Positions 45,046-55,276 of a stretch of DNA of 64,000 nucleotides are shown here, piece after piece. Under the pieces are notes generated by a model that saw only the letters and a list, made by a program, of their open reading frames with translations, did not search any database and was not told the DNA's origin. Origin of the DNA: an uncultured Saprospiraceae bacterium. Its GTDB lineage: Bacteria > Bacteroidota > Bacteroidia > Chitinophagales > Saprospiraceae. The DNA lies in NCBI GenBank assembly GCA_964470035.1, contig CAYYBR010000001.1:8776-72775 (forward strand), given 5' to 3'. Within the stretch, counting starts at the first letter, position 1; every line of letters starts with the position of its first letter. Position numbers and translations under genes: made by a program.

Positions 45046-45489
45046 CTAGAAGTATACTCCACCAGATATGGCAAAGCCAGAGCCTCCACCTATCACGATC
45101 TTTGGTTCTATATATAGTTCTAAACCATCACTTATAGGCAGGGTGCCAATGATGCCTAGGTTAAGACCAACGTCGCTAGCAGATACCCCAAATGCACTTA
45201 CTCTGAAAATGTTTAACCCTGCAAAAGGAGCTAGAGCAAATGATTCTACTTCACCTAAGTCTAATCCATGGTAGTGTACATCAGCATCTATACTCCAACT
45301 CGAAAAACCTGATGAGAAGTAGTAATTAAATGTCCCTTGTCCTGCGATATCCTCTGAGAATACATTATGGGCTCTTCCTTGAATTCCCAAATCCTCAAAG
45401 AACTGAAGGCCTCCTCCAAACTTGAATTGGGCTGATGTGGCGACACTTAGTCCAATCATACATACTGCTAATGTCAATATTCGTTTCAT
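45046..45489 (-). CDS. Small outer-membrane beta-barrel protein
   Basis: 147 aa. Signal peptide, alternating beta-strand pattern and a terminal aromatic residue (GGVYF). Confidence 0.55.
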   Translation of the reverse strand: MKRILTLAVCMIGLSVATSAQFKFGGGLQFFEDLGIQGRAHNVFSEDIAGQGTFNYYFSSGFSSWSIDADVHYHGLDLGEVESFALAPFAGLNIFRVSAFGVSASDVGLNLGIIGTLPISDGLELYIEPKIVIGGGSGFAISGGVYF

Positions 45490-45634
45490 GTTGTTAAGAT
45501 TTTATTGGTTATTACGGATGCAAAGTAAGTATAATCCGTACGATCATTTATACCCATATTCGGCTATTTTTTTGAGAAATGATTGTATAAGTACTTTTCG
45601 ATAATACAGTTATGTATGTAATATTTTATAATAT

Positions 45635-46492
45635 TTGCGAAAGCGTTTTCAAGAATCTTCTAATCGTATGCGAGCTAACCGGCTCTTAATGAACATCGTC
45701 ATAGCATCCATCCTTGGTTTTGCTATCTGTCTACTTATTGTATCCATCACGATACCTCGCCAGATACAGTCCAGTGCAGTTTTTGTGGCGGAGTTAGACA
45801 AGGATGTCAAGCCAGGTCAAAGGATGAGTGCCGAGAGCTTACTCAAGGATATCGAGCACGTGGATGCGAGTAGCATAACAGTAGTGACAGCTGGAGAAGC
45901 CCTCGAGTCTATGAGACAAGAGATGCCGGAGCTAGAATATCTATCTGATAATCCCTTCAGGGATATTATCACTTTCACCACGCGAGATCTAAAAACCCAG
46001 CAAATCGCTCAGTGGACACGTCAGATCACAGATATATCGGGTATAAAGGAAGTATATTATGATCAAGCCCTATTAGAGGCGCTTGCACAGGATACTGGCA
46101 AGCCTAGGTTGGGTGTGATATCATTAGCACTGCTGGTCTTGATAGGCTCACTGATCATCATGGCGCTTCGGATAAAACGAGATTTGAGATCCTATCATGA
46201 GGAGGCTAAGATCCTTTCTCTAGCAGGATCAAGTGACGATGACTTGATAAGACACCGGAGATCATGGTCTACAAAGTGGGGCGCTATAACTGCTGGACTG
46301 GCGAGTTTGGTGATGCTGGTTAACATATTATTTATGAACACTACTTTGCTAGATGGTATAGAAATCACGTTATTGCAAAGTATAATATCTATAGCCATCA
46401 TGGCTGTGATGGTGATCGGGGCACATACCCTAGTGACCCATCAGTCCTTGAAGGCATATTTTGCTCAACTTAATCCATCAGTCAGAACGTGA
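45635..46492 (+). CDS. ftsX: Cell division protein FtsX-like permease
   Basis: 285 aa. One TM, a periplasmic domain and three C-terminal TMs. Conserved ftsX-DUF3098-uppP-truB neighbourhood. The start may instead be ATG 45668. Confidence 0.7.
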   Translation: MRKRFQESSNRMRANRLLMNIVIASILGFAICLLIVSITIPRQIQSSAVFVAELDKDVKPGQRMSAESLLKDIEHVDASSITVVTAGEALESMRQEMPELEYLSDNPFRDIITFTTRDLKTQQIAQWTRQITDISGIKEVYYDQALLEALAQDTGKPRLGVISLALLVLIGSLIIMALRIKRDLRSYHEEAKILSLAGSSDDDLIRHRRSWSTKWGAITAGLASLVMLVNILFMNTTLLDGIEITLLQSIISIAIMAVMVIGAHTLVTHQSLKAYFAQLNPSVRT

Positions 46493-46863
46493 CAGATAAA
46501 AAGAAAAAGGTCATCGCGACAGGCAAGAAAAACTCTGCTGGCAAGCAGAAAAAAGTCATCAGTACGAACGACAAGAGTTCTGCACGGAAGGAAAAGAAGA
46601 AACTGAAACCAACTCAATCCAGAAAGAAGAAGGCTTCACAATCTAAGTCGTCGGATACTTTGGTTTTTGGTCGTGATAATTATAAGTGGATGCTGATAGG
46701 TCTAGCTGTTATTATCTTAGGGTTCTTTTTGATGGCCGGAGGCTCCATGCCTAGTCCTGATGTCTGGGATGAAAGTCTGATCTATAGCCACAGACGTATA
46801 ACACTAGCTCCTATAGTACTCTTAATAGGTCTCGGCATAGAGGTCTATGCGATTTTCAGATAA
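46489..46863 (+). CDS. DUF3098 family small membrane protein with a lysine-rich N-terminal extension
   Basis: 124 aa. FGRDNYKWMLIGLAVIILGFFLMAGG is typical of the family. GTGA overlap with ftsX. Confidence 0.6.
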   Translation: MTDKKKKVIATGKKNSAGKQKKVISTNDKSSARKEKKKLKPTQSRKKKASQSKSSDTLVFGRDNYKWMLIGLAVIILGFFLMAGGSMPSPDVWDESLIYSHRRITLAPIVLLIGLGIEVYAIFR

Positions 46864-46869
46864 GATTCG

Positions 46870-47667
46870 ATGACTGATATCTTCAGATCAGCACTGTTAG
46901 GTCTAGTACAGGGGCTTACTGAGTTTTTACCTGTGAGCAGTAGTGGTCATCTTGAGATTCTCAATGCTCTGCTAGGATCCTCAGAAAGTTTGGATTCTGA
47001 TCTTGCTATGGTTGTCCTTGTACATGTAGGGACTGCGCTCAGTATACTCTATGTATTCAGAAAAGATATCTGGCAGATCCTAAAGGATGTTTTCTCTTTG
47101 AAGTGGACTGATGAGAGCCGCCTAGCCATAGAGATCTTGATTTCTATGATACCTGCACTGATCATAGGGTTGGCATTTGAAGATCAGCTAGAAAGCTTAT
47201 TTAGTGGAGGTATCTGGATGGTAGGCATCTCCCTGATATGTACAGGTCTGGTTCTTTGGGTTACCCCTAATATCAAGGATCAGAAGGAGCCAGTAGGATA
47301 TAAAAAAGCCGTATTGATAGGCGTGGCACAAGCTGTAGCTGTGCTGCCGGGTATATCTAGAAGTGGGATGACCATAGCAGCGGCTCTGATGCTAGGAGTT
47401 GGTAAAAAAGAGGCGGCGCGGTTTTCTTTTTTGATGGTCTTGCCAGTCATATTAGGAAAGGCCCTGCTTGATATTATCGGTGGAGAGTGGGCAGTAGGAA
47501 GTGATCAAATGGTGCCAGTTATGACTGCGCTTGTGGTCTCATTTTTTGTTGGAGTGATAGCATGTACTTGGATGATAAAGCTTGTTCAAAACTCCAGCTT
47601 GCGATACTTTGCTATCTACTGTGTTGTCATTGGTGCTATCGCCCTAGGAGCTGGCGTATATGGATAA
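46870..47667 (+). CDS. uppP: Undecaprenyl-diphosphate phosphatase
   Basis: 265 aa. QGLTEFLPVSSSGHL and PGISRSG motifs. Confidence 0.9.
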   Translation: MTDIFRSALLGLVQGLTEFLPVSSSGHLEILNALLGSSESLDSDLAMVVLVHVGTALSILYVFRKDIWQILKDVFSLKWTDESRLAIEILISMIPALIIGLAFEDQLESLFSGGIWMVGISLICTGLVLWVTPNIKDQKEPVGYKKAVLIGVAQAVAVLPGISRSGMTIAAALMLGVGKKEAARFSFLMVLPVILGKALLDIIGGEWAVGSDQMVPVMTALVVSFFVGVIACTWMIKLVQNSSLRYFAIYCVVIGAIALGAGVYG

Positions 47668-48388
47668 CATCATCTCGAAAGGCACAAGGATAACTGCACA
47701 GCATCTGCATGATGGCGCTATGCTACTCGTTGATAAACCGATAGAGTGGACCTCTTTTGATGTCGTCAATAAACTGCGCTATACTATCAGACATCGACTC
47801 GGGCGGAAAAAATATAAAGTAGGCCATACGGGTACGCTTGACCCACTTGCTACAGGACTGTTGCTTATATGTATCAGTAAGTATACGAAGAGGATAGAAG
47901 GTCTGATGGGGCTGGATAAGGCATATGAAGCAGTCGTACATCTTGGTATGGATACACCATCTATGGATGCCGAATCACTACCTCATATATATTATCCTGA
48001 TACGGAGATCACCGAAGAACAAATCCAAGAACTTCAAGAGCGCTTTACAGGTACGATATCTCAGTTGCCTCCTATGTTTAGCGCCATTAAGGTGGATGGT
48101 CAAGCTCTATACAAAAGTGCTCGTCAAGGGAAGGTAGTAGAGCGACCTGCCAGAGATATCACCATCCATCGTCTTACTTGTCAACTTCAAAGTCCGTATC
48201 ACCTAAGTTTGTCTACTACATGTAGTAAAGGGACGTACATCAGAGTCTTAGCAGAAGATATGGCACACCACCTTGGTACGGGTGGCTACCTATCATATTT
48301 GCGACGTACAAAGATCGGTACATACGACGTTAATGATGCATATACTGTAGAGGACTTGGTCCAGCTTATTCAACAGGTTGAACTTTAG
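47660..48388 (+). CDS. truB: tRNA pseudouridine(55) synthase
   Basis: 242 aa. GHTGTLDPLATGLL catalytic motif and PPMFSAIKVDG. Confidence 0.9.
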   Translation: MDNIISKGTRITAQHLHDGAMLLVDKPIEWTSFDVVNKLRYTIRHRLGRKKYKVGHTGTLDPLATGLLLICISKYTKRIEGLMGLDKAYEAVVHLGMDTPSMDAESLPHIYYPDTEITEEQIQELQERFTGTISQLPPMFSAIKVDGQALYKSARQGKVVERPARDITIHRLTCQLQSPYHLSLSTTCSKGTYIRVLAEDMAHHLGTGGYLSYLRRTKIGTYDVNDAYTVEDLVQLIQQVEL

Positions 48389-48394
48389 CTATAT

Positions 48395-49249
48395 ATGATT
48401 CTTAGTGCACAGCAAATCCGTAAATCTTATGGTTCTCAAGTAGTACTTGATGATATAGATATCACCCTAGAGAAGGGGACTATCACTGGACTTCTCGGAC
48501 GCAATGGCGCAGGTAAAAGCACTTTGTTAAAGATTATATCGGGTATCAACAAACCAGATGGAGGAAAGGTAGACCTCCAAAACTTAGATATCGCATACAT
48601 GTCTGAGCGCAATCCGCTCTATCCCCATATGTATGTCACCGAGTATCTAAGTTGGATAGCAGCTGTCAAGTCAGTGGAAGACAAACCTTCGAGGTTAGCT
48701 TGGGCAGTGACCATGGCAGGCCTTGAGGAGGTAAAGGGGAAAAAGATCAGCCAACTGTCTAAAGGTTTTCGACAAAGAGTGGGGCTGGCAGCTACTATCA
48801 TAAGTGATCCGGATGTGATCATCTTAGACGAACCGATTAACGGACTTGATCCGGTTCAAATCAAGGAGTACCGAGCACTCATCAAGTCTTTATCAAGTGA
48901 TAAAATCGTCATCCTTTCTTCTCACCTCCTGCAAGAGATCGAAGCCATATGTGATGAGGTACTGATGATCCAGGATGGTCAGATATCAAGACATATCACG
49001 AAGGACAAAGGCGAGCATCAAACTTACTATATCGCCCTTTCTTTAGATCAATCGATAGATACGACTTCTCTAGACAGCTTGGAGCACGTTACCTATGTGG
49101 AAGAAAAGGGATCCTGTGATTACCTTATCGAGGTCTCGGCTTCTGAGGATATAAGATTAGAAGTTTTTGATGTTGTGATAGCAGCCGGATGTCGGATCAA
49201 GGAGTTGTCACGTAAGAGTAGGAGTTTACAAGAGATATTTGATAACTGA
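48395..49249 (+). CDS. gldA: ABC transporter ATP-binding protein, gliding-motility GldA type
   Basis: 284 aa. Walker A GRNGAGKST, signature LSKGFRQR and Walker B ILDEP. Followed directly by gldF- and gldG-like genes. Confidence 0.65.
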   Translation: MILSAQQIRKSYGSQVVLDDIDITLEKGTITGLLGRNGAGKSTLLKIISGINKPDGGKVDLQNLDIAYMSERNPLYPHMYVTEYLSWIAAVKSVEDKPSRLAWAVTMAGLEEVKGKKISQLSKGFRQRVGLAATIISDPDVIILDEPINGLDPVQIKEYRALIKSLSSDKIVILSSHLLQEIEAICDEVLMIQDGQISRHITKDKGEHQTYYIALSLDQSIDTTSLDSLEHVTYVEEKGSCDYLIEVSASEDIRLEVFDVVIAAGCRIKELSRKSRSLQEIFDN

Positions 49250-49980
49250 TGATAGCATTGATATCTAAAGAATGGAAGGACTTTTGGTCGAACAGTTTCA
49301 GCCTCATCTCAGTAGGTGTGATTATACTGTTGACTTTTCTTTTTCTATGGATATTTCCAGACTCTAGTTACAACTCTTATGGATATGCGGAGCCGGACCT
49401 CTACTTCGTCTTCATGTCTTATCTTTTGCTTTTTATAGTGCCTGCTTTTGCTGTCGGATTTCTAGCTACAGAATATAGATATGGCACGGAAGAACTCATC
49501 CGATCTCTGGGCATCAAATGGAGGAATGCCCTCTTGGCTAAGTTTGTTGCTGGGATACTTGTGCTCGCCCTGATACTTGTCCTCACTTATGCCCACTTAT
49601 GGGTGATCGGCGATCTCGCCGTTATAGATAATGGAGCTGGAGGCACTCAGCTGATCAGTTCATACATAGGTCTACTTGGCATCGGTGGAGTGTACATCGC
49701 ATTATCTCTATTGATAACCTCTATGGTAAGACAGACTACCGCTTCTTATCTGCTATCCGTCTTCATTTGTTTTATGATTTATATAGGTATCTCATGGATC
49801 GGAGCACTGGATGTTTTTTCTTCAGATATACAGTACAGTATAGAAAGATGGAGCTTATCATATCATGCAGACCAGCTTGCGAGAGGTATACTTAGATTGT
49901 CGAGTGTCATTTACGTAAGTGCTATCATCATCTGGTCGTTATGGATGTCCGCTTATCGACTTAATACAAGAGAGATCTAG
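49249..49980 (+). CDS. gldF: ABC-2 type permease, GldF-like
   Basis: 243 aa. Six TM pattern, and N-terminus similar to GldF as I remember it. Translationally coupled (TGATG). Confidence 0.6.
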   Translation: MIALISKEWKDFWSNSFSLISVGVIILLTFLFLWIFPDSSYNSYGYAEPDLYFVFMSYLLLFIVPAFAVGFLATEYRYGTEELIRSLGIKWRNALLAKFVAGILVLALILVLTYAHLWVIGDLAVIDNGAGGTQLISSYIGLLGIGGVYIALSLLITSMVRQTTASYLLSVFICFMIYIGISWIGALDVFSSDIQYSIERWSLSYHADQLARGILRLSSVIYVSAIIIWSLWMSAYRLNTREI

Positions 49981-49981
49981 G

Positions 49982-51664
49982 ATGAAAGAGTATAAGTTGA
50001 CCCGTGTTTTGCTCTCAGTGATTCTATTAGTCCTCGTCGTGTTACTTTCTCGATGGGTAGATCTGCGCTGGGATCTGACCGCTGATAAGCGATATACCTT
50101 AGCTCCTGAGGCGGCAGAGCTGGTGAGACATCTGGATGAAGAACTAGTGATCACCTCGTTGCTAGAAGGTGAAGTGCCCAGCAGTTTTAGATTACTCAAA
50201 TCCTACATAGATGACTACCTGTTTGAGCTGAAGAGATATAACTCTAACATCCAGATCGTCTACAAAGATGTACTCAGTGGCACGCCTGAAGAGAAAGAGG
50301 TTTTTCAGTCTTTTCTTTCTGAGCGGGGAGTGGTGCCGATCAGAAGACAGGTAGCTAGTGATGAGGAGGTCAATCAAAACTTGTTATATCCCTACCTCTC
50401 TATCCACACCGACGATGATATCACTTTCGTAAATCTTTTAGAAAGAGGATCTATCGAATCCACAGAAGAAGAAAGTCTCGTGGATGCACAGTTAGCTTTT
50501 GAGTCTAACCTGCTGAGGGCTATCCAAAAAATCACGCGAAAGTCGACTCCAGATATCCATATACTAGGTTCAGCTGCTGAACTTTTGGCGGAGGGCTGTG
50601 CCCGAGATAATAGGTTTGACAGCTATCGGTATGTAGCCAGTGATGCTGCGAAGATTCTTTCTGATGTAGAAGCGGTAGATGGCATAATATGCGTGGTCAA
50701 AAAAGAAGATCTACCGAGGGAAGAGCTTTTAGCGCTAGACATAGCTGCTGGCAAGGGTATACCTGTCATATGGGCGATAGATAAGACAGATGTCACCCTC
50801 GATAGCTTGAGAGGAGTAGAAGCTAACTATCTAGCCATCTCTCACGAATATGGAGTTGAAGATTACTTATTCAGAAGTGGACTGAAGATCGCGCCTTCGC
50901 TGATCATGGATATACAATCATCTAGGATACCTCAAGTTATCAATAGTGGGGCTGTGGGCGCTCAGACTAGATTACTGCCTTATCCTTTTCATCCAGTTAT
51001 ACTTACAGGAGCATCTAACCCCGTACATGCTCGACTCGTGAGTCCATTAAGCACATATTTTGCTTCTCCTATCCAACTTCTTGAGTATCCTAAGTCTGTT
51101 ATGAAGACGCCTTTACTGAGCACGGGTTCTTATACCAAGGTGATATCTACACCATATCTGTTGGATTTTGCCTTTATGCAAAAGGCGCCAGATCCGAAGG
51201 AGTATAATAGAGGAGAGCAGTTGATCTCTGTAGAAATAGAGGGAAGAGTAAAGCCCTACTTTCAAAACAGGCTAACAACAGAAGACATATCCTTGCTCGA
51301 CCAATATGACATCACCTATAATACGGATAGCCAGTATATCCATCAGATCGTCATATCTGATGTAGACTGGTTGATGCCATCAAGTAGTCAGAGAGGGTTT
51401 TTCCCAGTAGGGTATAATGCCTATGAGAACCAGATGTATGATGCTAACGCAGAGTTGCTTGTTAACCTGATCGAATATCTTGTTGATGGAGATGATCTCA
51501 TAGCATTAAAAGAAAAATTCTCGAGCATCTCTTATCTGGATCGCCAAAAGCTTGCTAGCCAAACTTCGTGGTATTACTTTATCTTACTTGGTCTACCTTT
51601 GATAGCATTGATGTGTCTATACATCTGCTATCACTTAGTAAGACGGCGCAAGTATGCTTTATAA
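49982..51664 (+). CDS. gldG: Gliding-associated ABC transporter accessory protein, GldG-like
   Basis: Starts at MKEYKL. N- and C-terminal TM anchors. The RWDLTADKRYTL motif is typical of GldG. The ORF opens upstream at 49919. Confidence 0.6.
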   Translation: MKEYKLTRVLLSVILLVLVVLLSRWVDLRWDLTADKRYTLAPEAAELVRHLDEELVITSLLEGEVPSSFRLLKSYIDDYLFELKRYNSNIQIVYKDVLSGTPEEKEVFQSFLSERGVVPIRRQVASDEEVNQNLLYPYLSIHTDDDITFVNLLERGSIESTEEESLVDAQLAFESNLLRAIQKITRKSTPDIHILGSAAELLAEGCARDNRFDSYRYVASDAAKILSDVEAVDGIICVVKKEDLPREELLALDIAAGKGIPVIWAIDKTDVTLDSLRGVEANYLAISHEYGVEDYLFRSGLKIAPSLIMDIQSSRIPQVINSGAVGAQTRLLPYPFHPVILTGASNPVHARLVSPLSTYFASPIQLLEYPKSVMKTPLLSTGSYTKVISTPYLLDFAFMQKAPDPKEYNRGEQLISVEIEGRVKPYFQNRLTTEDISLLDQYDITYNTDSQYIHQIVISDVDWLMPSSSQRGFFPVGYNAYENQMYDANAELLVNLIEYLVDGDDLIALKEKFSSISYLDRQKLASQTSWYYFILLGLPLIALMCLYICYHLVRRRKYAL

Positions 51665-52802
51665 CTATCTCATCACATTTTTTTTGTTCCTGGTAGTCGG
51701 TGCTCATGACATAGACTGGGGATTCTATGGTCACCGTCTGATCAACGAGACTGCAGTTTTTACTCTACCTGTCGACCTTATACCGCTGTACAAAGGCAAT
51801 ATCGAATTCGTCAGGGAACACTCTGTCGATCCCGACAAAAGAAGACATGCTTCAAAGCTAGAAGCAGTAAGACACTATATCGACCTAGATATCTGGGGCG
51901 ATTATCCATTTGAAGAAGTACCTCGAAGATTTGAAGATGCTCTGCTCACTTACGGTACGGCGTATCTATTAAATACCCGTACACAGGATACCATCGATAG
52001 TTGGACAGATGAAGAGGTCTGGACCGAACTTTTTACTTACGATCAAAAGAAGATCCTCGAAGAAAATCTGAAGTATAAGATATTTGAAACATTGGATCAA
52101 GGGTATCTACAAGTGCCCAGAGCCTGGATGCCAAAAGACGTGGAAAGAGTAAGCCATAAGATCGTCTATGTCGAAAGATTTAGTGAGTACGGTATTTTGC
52201 CTTTTCATCTGGAGATATATCAAAACCGACTCACTAATGCATTTAAGCAAGAAGATTGGCCACTTGTGCTGCGGATAAGTACGGAGCTTGGTCATTACCT
52301 GTCCGATGCTCACGTGCCTTTACATACCACCGAAAATTATAATGGCCAGCTGACTGGTCAAGATGGTATTCATGCCTTTTGGGAGAGTAGGATACCTGAG
52401 TTATTTGCTGTTGAGTCTTACGACTTGTTTGTCGGTCGAGCCAAATATATCGAAGATACGAAGGCTTACTTCTGGGATGTGGTCCTTGAGAGTCATACGT
52501 ATGTAGATGAGGTCCTTTCTAAAGAATTAGAATTGCGTTCGACCTTTGCAAAGGATCGACAATATTGTTATGAAGAAAGAGGTGCTCGTACATCCCGTAT
52601 GGAATGCCAAGAATATGCTCAGGCGTACCAAGATGCTATGGAAGGCATGGTAGAGGACAGGATGCGGAAGTCGATCCAAGGTGTAGGATCATGTTGGTAT
52701 ACTGCCTGGGTCGATGCTGGGAGGCCGGACCTTTCACACTTTATACAATCCGCGACGATAGACACACTCGGGATACCGAAGATAGAAGAGATACATAAGT
52801 AA
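51654..52802 (+). CDS. Zinc-dependent phospholipase C / P1-nuclease superfamily protein
   Basis: 382 aa. N-terminal WGFYGH and later His/Asp clusters (HYIDLD, DAHVPLH). Confidence 0.45.
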   Translation: MLYNYLITFFLFLVVGAHDIDWGFYGHRLINETAVFTLPVDLIPLYKGNIEFVREHSVDPDKRRHASKLEAVRHYIDLDIWGDYPFEEVPRRFEDALLTYGTAYLLNTRTQDTIDSWTDEEVWTELFTYDQKKILEENLKYKIFETLDQGYLQVPRAWMPKDVERVSHKIVYVERFSEYGILPFHLEIYQNRLTNAFKQEDWPLVLRISTELGHYLSDAHVPLHTTENYNGQLTGQDGIHAFWESRIPELFAVESYDLFVGRAKYIEDTKAYFWDVVLESHTYVDEVLSKELELRSTFAKDRQYCYEERGARTSRMECQEYAQAYQDAMEGMVEDRMRKSIQGVGSCWYTAWVDAGRPDLSHFIQSATIDTLGIPKIEEIHK

Positions 52803-52807
52803 AAAAG

Positions 52808-52845
52808 AAAAGCCCCTTGATGCTATATCAAGGGGCTTTTTTATT
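52808..52845. terminator. Strong bidirectional intrinsic terminator
   Basis: Perfect 14-bp stem AAAAGCCCCTTGAT/ATCAAGGGGCTTTT with a 5-nt loop, an A-run before and a T-run after, between convergent genes. Confidence 0.75.
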
Positions 52846-52859
52846 CCGAGCAGTGTTAA

Positions 52860-54380
52860 CTATCTCTTAGTTACGTTCACTGCTATTCTTCTGTTTTGCG
52901 CTCTTCCTTCAGGCGTGTCATTTGTAGCGACAGGATGTGCTATACCATATCCTTCTGTTGTCACACGACTACCATTGATACCCGCTGCTACTAGGGCTGC
53001 CTTTACTGCATTAGCTCTTGCAGCTGACAATCTCATATTAGACTCAGGGTTACCTGTGTTATCTGTGTATCCGCCGATCTTTATCTCCACCGTCTCATAA
53101 GCCTTGAGTATCTCAATGATATTGTTGATTTGCTCAGAAGACTTATCACGATCGATCGTTGCACTTCCTGTTGCAAAATTGATTCTATCGAAGTTATACC
53201 ACTCATCTGGGTTGATCGCCATCTTGGCATTATCCAAGAACTTGATCAGTTTGTTTTCTACACCAAACTCAGGTATGTTCAATTCTACGCCGTTAGCTAA
53301 TGTGGTCTTGAAGAAGTCTCCTAGTCCACCCATAGCATCACCTACAGCACCAGCTGCATCGCTTGCCATATCTCCGACAGCTCCGGCTGCATCACCAGCT
53401 ACATCGCCAACTGCGCTCGCAGCATCACCAGCTACATCGCCAACTGCACTTGCAGCATCACCAGCTGCATCGACTACTTTATCTATAGGATTTGCTGGAA
53501 CTTCGTTACCACACATCTTCCATCCGATAAGTGCTACAGCAAGTAGACCTACAAGAGGGAGAATCTTCATCAGCATATTGCCACCACTTTTAGCGACACC
53601 TCCAGCCAAATCAGCAGTTTTGCCAGCTACATCACCGACAGCACCTGCTGCTGCTTTAGCTGTGTCACCAGCAGTTCCGACCACTTTGCCAGCTGCACCA
53701 CCGACAGCACCTGCCGCTGCTTTAGCTGTGTCACCAGCAGTTCCAACCACTTTGCCAGCTGCATCTGCAGCACCGCCGACAGCGCCTGTAGCTCCACCGA
53801 CAGCACCACTAAGTGCATCAGAAGCTTTGTCCATCAAGCTATCTCCAAGATCAAAACCGATCATGTCAGCGATACCTTGTGGCATAGCGCTTGTAATATT
53901 TTTTCTTTGCCCAGTGAGCATCTCTATCAGACCAGAAGCACCGAGGCCACCGCCTAAGACTTTCTTTCCTAGATATCCCATGATCATCGGAGCTACCATG
54001 CCGAGTAGTCCAGAAGACGAGCTTCTTTTTACTCCAGATAGGGATCCTACTAAGTCTAGTATACCTCCAACTTTATCTCCGAAAAGAGATCCCATCAAAC
54101 TTCCACCGATATCTTTAGGGTCACCTTGAGCAAGGTTTCCTCCACCGATAAGACCTCCAAGATTATCTAGTAATCCAGCATTGTCCTTATTGCTGATCAT
54201 GTCAAAAATTTGGCCGAAGCCAGAAGGGTCACTTGATTTGTTAAGCATACCGCCCAGAATGGTAGGAACTAAACTTCCTATAGCACTGCTGATACCACTC
54301 TCACTTTCGCCGAGTGAACTAGCTGCCTGTTTTACGATCTGGTCAGTAACTAGACCTCCCAAGTCTTTGATAATATTCAT
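52860..54380 (-). CDS. DUF937 - Ala/Gly-rich repeat - TM - OmpA-domain protein
   Basis: 506 aa. DUF937-like N-terminus (MNIIKDLGGLVTDQIVKQAASSLGE), internal tandem repeats, one TM, and a C-terminal OmpA domain (GYTDNTG, NMRLSAARA, NRRIAV). Confidence 0.8.
   Translation of the reverse strand: MNIIKDLGGLVTDQIVKQAASSLGESESGISSAIGSLVPTILGGMLNKSSDPSGFGQIFDMISNKDNAGLLDNLGGLIGGGNLAQGDPKDIGGSLMGSLFGDKVGGILDLVGSLSGVKRSSSSGLLGMVAPMIMGYLGKKVLGGGLGASGLIEMLTGQRKNITSAMPQGIADMIGFDLGDSLMDKASDALSGAVGGATGAVGGAADAAGKVVGTAGDTAKAAAGAVGGAAGKVVGTAGDTAKAAAGAVGDVAGKTADLAGGVAKSGGNMLMKILPLVGLLAVALIGWKMCGNEVPANPIDKVVDAAGDAASAVGDVAGDAASAVGDVAGDAAGAVGDMASDAAGAVGDAMGGLGDFFKTTLANGVELNIPEFGVENKLIKFLDNAKMAINPDEWYNFDRINFATGSATIDRDKSSEQINNIIEILKAYETVEIKIGGYTDNTGNPESNMRLSAARANAVKAALVAAGINGSRVTTEGYGIAHPVATNDTPEGRAQNRRIAVNVTKR
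53389..53474 (-). repeat. 33-nt (11-aa, AGDAASAVGDV) in-frame tandem repeat, two full copies plus a partial third
   Basis: Units 53389-53421 and 53422-53454 differ at 2 positions. A partial third copy follows. Confidence 0.85.
53635..53766 (-). repeat. 66-nt (22-aa) in-frame tandem repeat x2
   Basis: Units 53635-53700 and 53701-53766 are identical over their first ~60 nt apart from 2 substitutions and diverge in the last few bases. They encode the 19-aa core GKVVGTAGDTAKAAAGAVG twice. Confidence 0.85.
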
Positions 54381-54619
54381 AAATGTAAATTTGAAAAATG
54401 AGTACTAAGTAATGATATGTGAATTTGGACGAATGCCGTCCTGTTTTGATAAGCGTGGTTTCTAGATGTGTCTTGATTGATGGTAATCCTATATATTTTC
54501 TTGGTACGCACTATTTATTGGACGAAAGTACAATGGATTTGGTCACTTTCGAAAATTAACGATATGTATTTTTACGCTTCTAGGGTATGGATAATTGACA
54601 GAACTAAGCGCACCTATAA

Positions 54620-55276
54620 ATGACAGAGGATGAATACCTGACGATAGCAGCTGCTGGAGAAGGCGAGTATAAAGAGAAAGGAAGTAAGTTTATCAGCTAT
54701 CTCGTGCCCTTCTCTGACATAGCACTACTACCAGATGTACTCCATACGATAGGTGTACAACATCCTAAGGCAAGACATCTTTGCTACGCCTATCGAGTAG
54801 GTATCAAAGGGGATATCACAAGGTCCAACGATGATGGAGAGCCATCAGGCACAGCAGGCAAACCCATCCTCAATGTGTTGTATAGTCAAGAAGTATCGGA
54901 TGTGTTTTGTGGTGTTATAAGGTATTTTGGAGGAACAAAGCTAGGCGCAAGTGGTCTTATCAGGGCTTACAAATCTGCTGCCGAGGATGCTTTTGAAAGA
55001 ACTGATAAGAGGGTAGTAGTAGTCACTACTGACTTACTTATAAGCTACAGATCCGAGGACATGGGCTTACTCTACACTGCGCTCAAAAAGTATGGATGTG
55101 ATACCATCGACCAACTTTGGGAGCAAGGCCCACAGTTAAAAGCTGCAGTACCTTTAAGCACGGCAGACGATGTCAGAAAAGCGCTAATCGCTGCGAGTCA
55201 CGGTTATGAAGTAGCTGACATCACTGATGACTTTATCTCAGACAGAATAAAAGTCGAGATAGGTCGGGATCAGTAA
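54620..55276 (+). CDS. YigZ / IMPACT family protein
   Basis: 218 aa. KGSKFI, HPKARH..YAYR, DDGEPSGTAGKPIL and RYFGGTKLG motifs. Confidence 0.85.
   Translation: MTEDEYLTIAAAGEGEYKEKGSKFISYLVPFSDIALLPDVLHTIGVQHPKARHLCYAYRVGIKGDITRSNDDGEPSGTAGKPILNVLYSQEVSDVFCGVIRYFGGTKLGASGLIRAYKSAAEDAFERTDKRVVVVTTDLLISYRSEDMGLLYTALKKYGCDTIDQLWEQGPQLKAAVPLSTADDVRKALIAASHGYEVADITDDFISDRIKVEIGRDQ

Noticed and set aside
53330-53830. Regularly spaced short repeats that might suggest a CRISPR-like array
   Set aside because: The units are directly tandem with no unique spacers. They are in frame within a coding sequence, and no cas genes are present anywhere in the window.
53104-54129. 341-aa plus-strand ORF, rich in Pro/Ala/Ser/Thr, antisense to the OmpA/DUF937 gene
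   Set aside because: It is the mirror image of the GC-rich Ala/Gly repeat codons on the minus strand, which has recognisable DUF937 and OmpA domains. It has no independent signals and a low-complexity translation.
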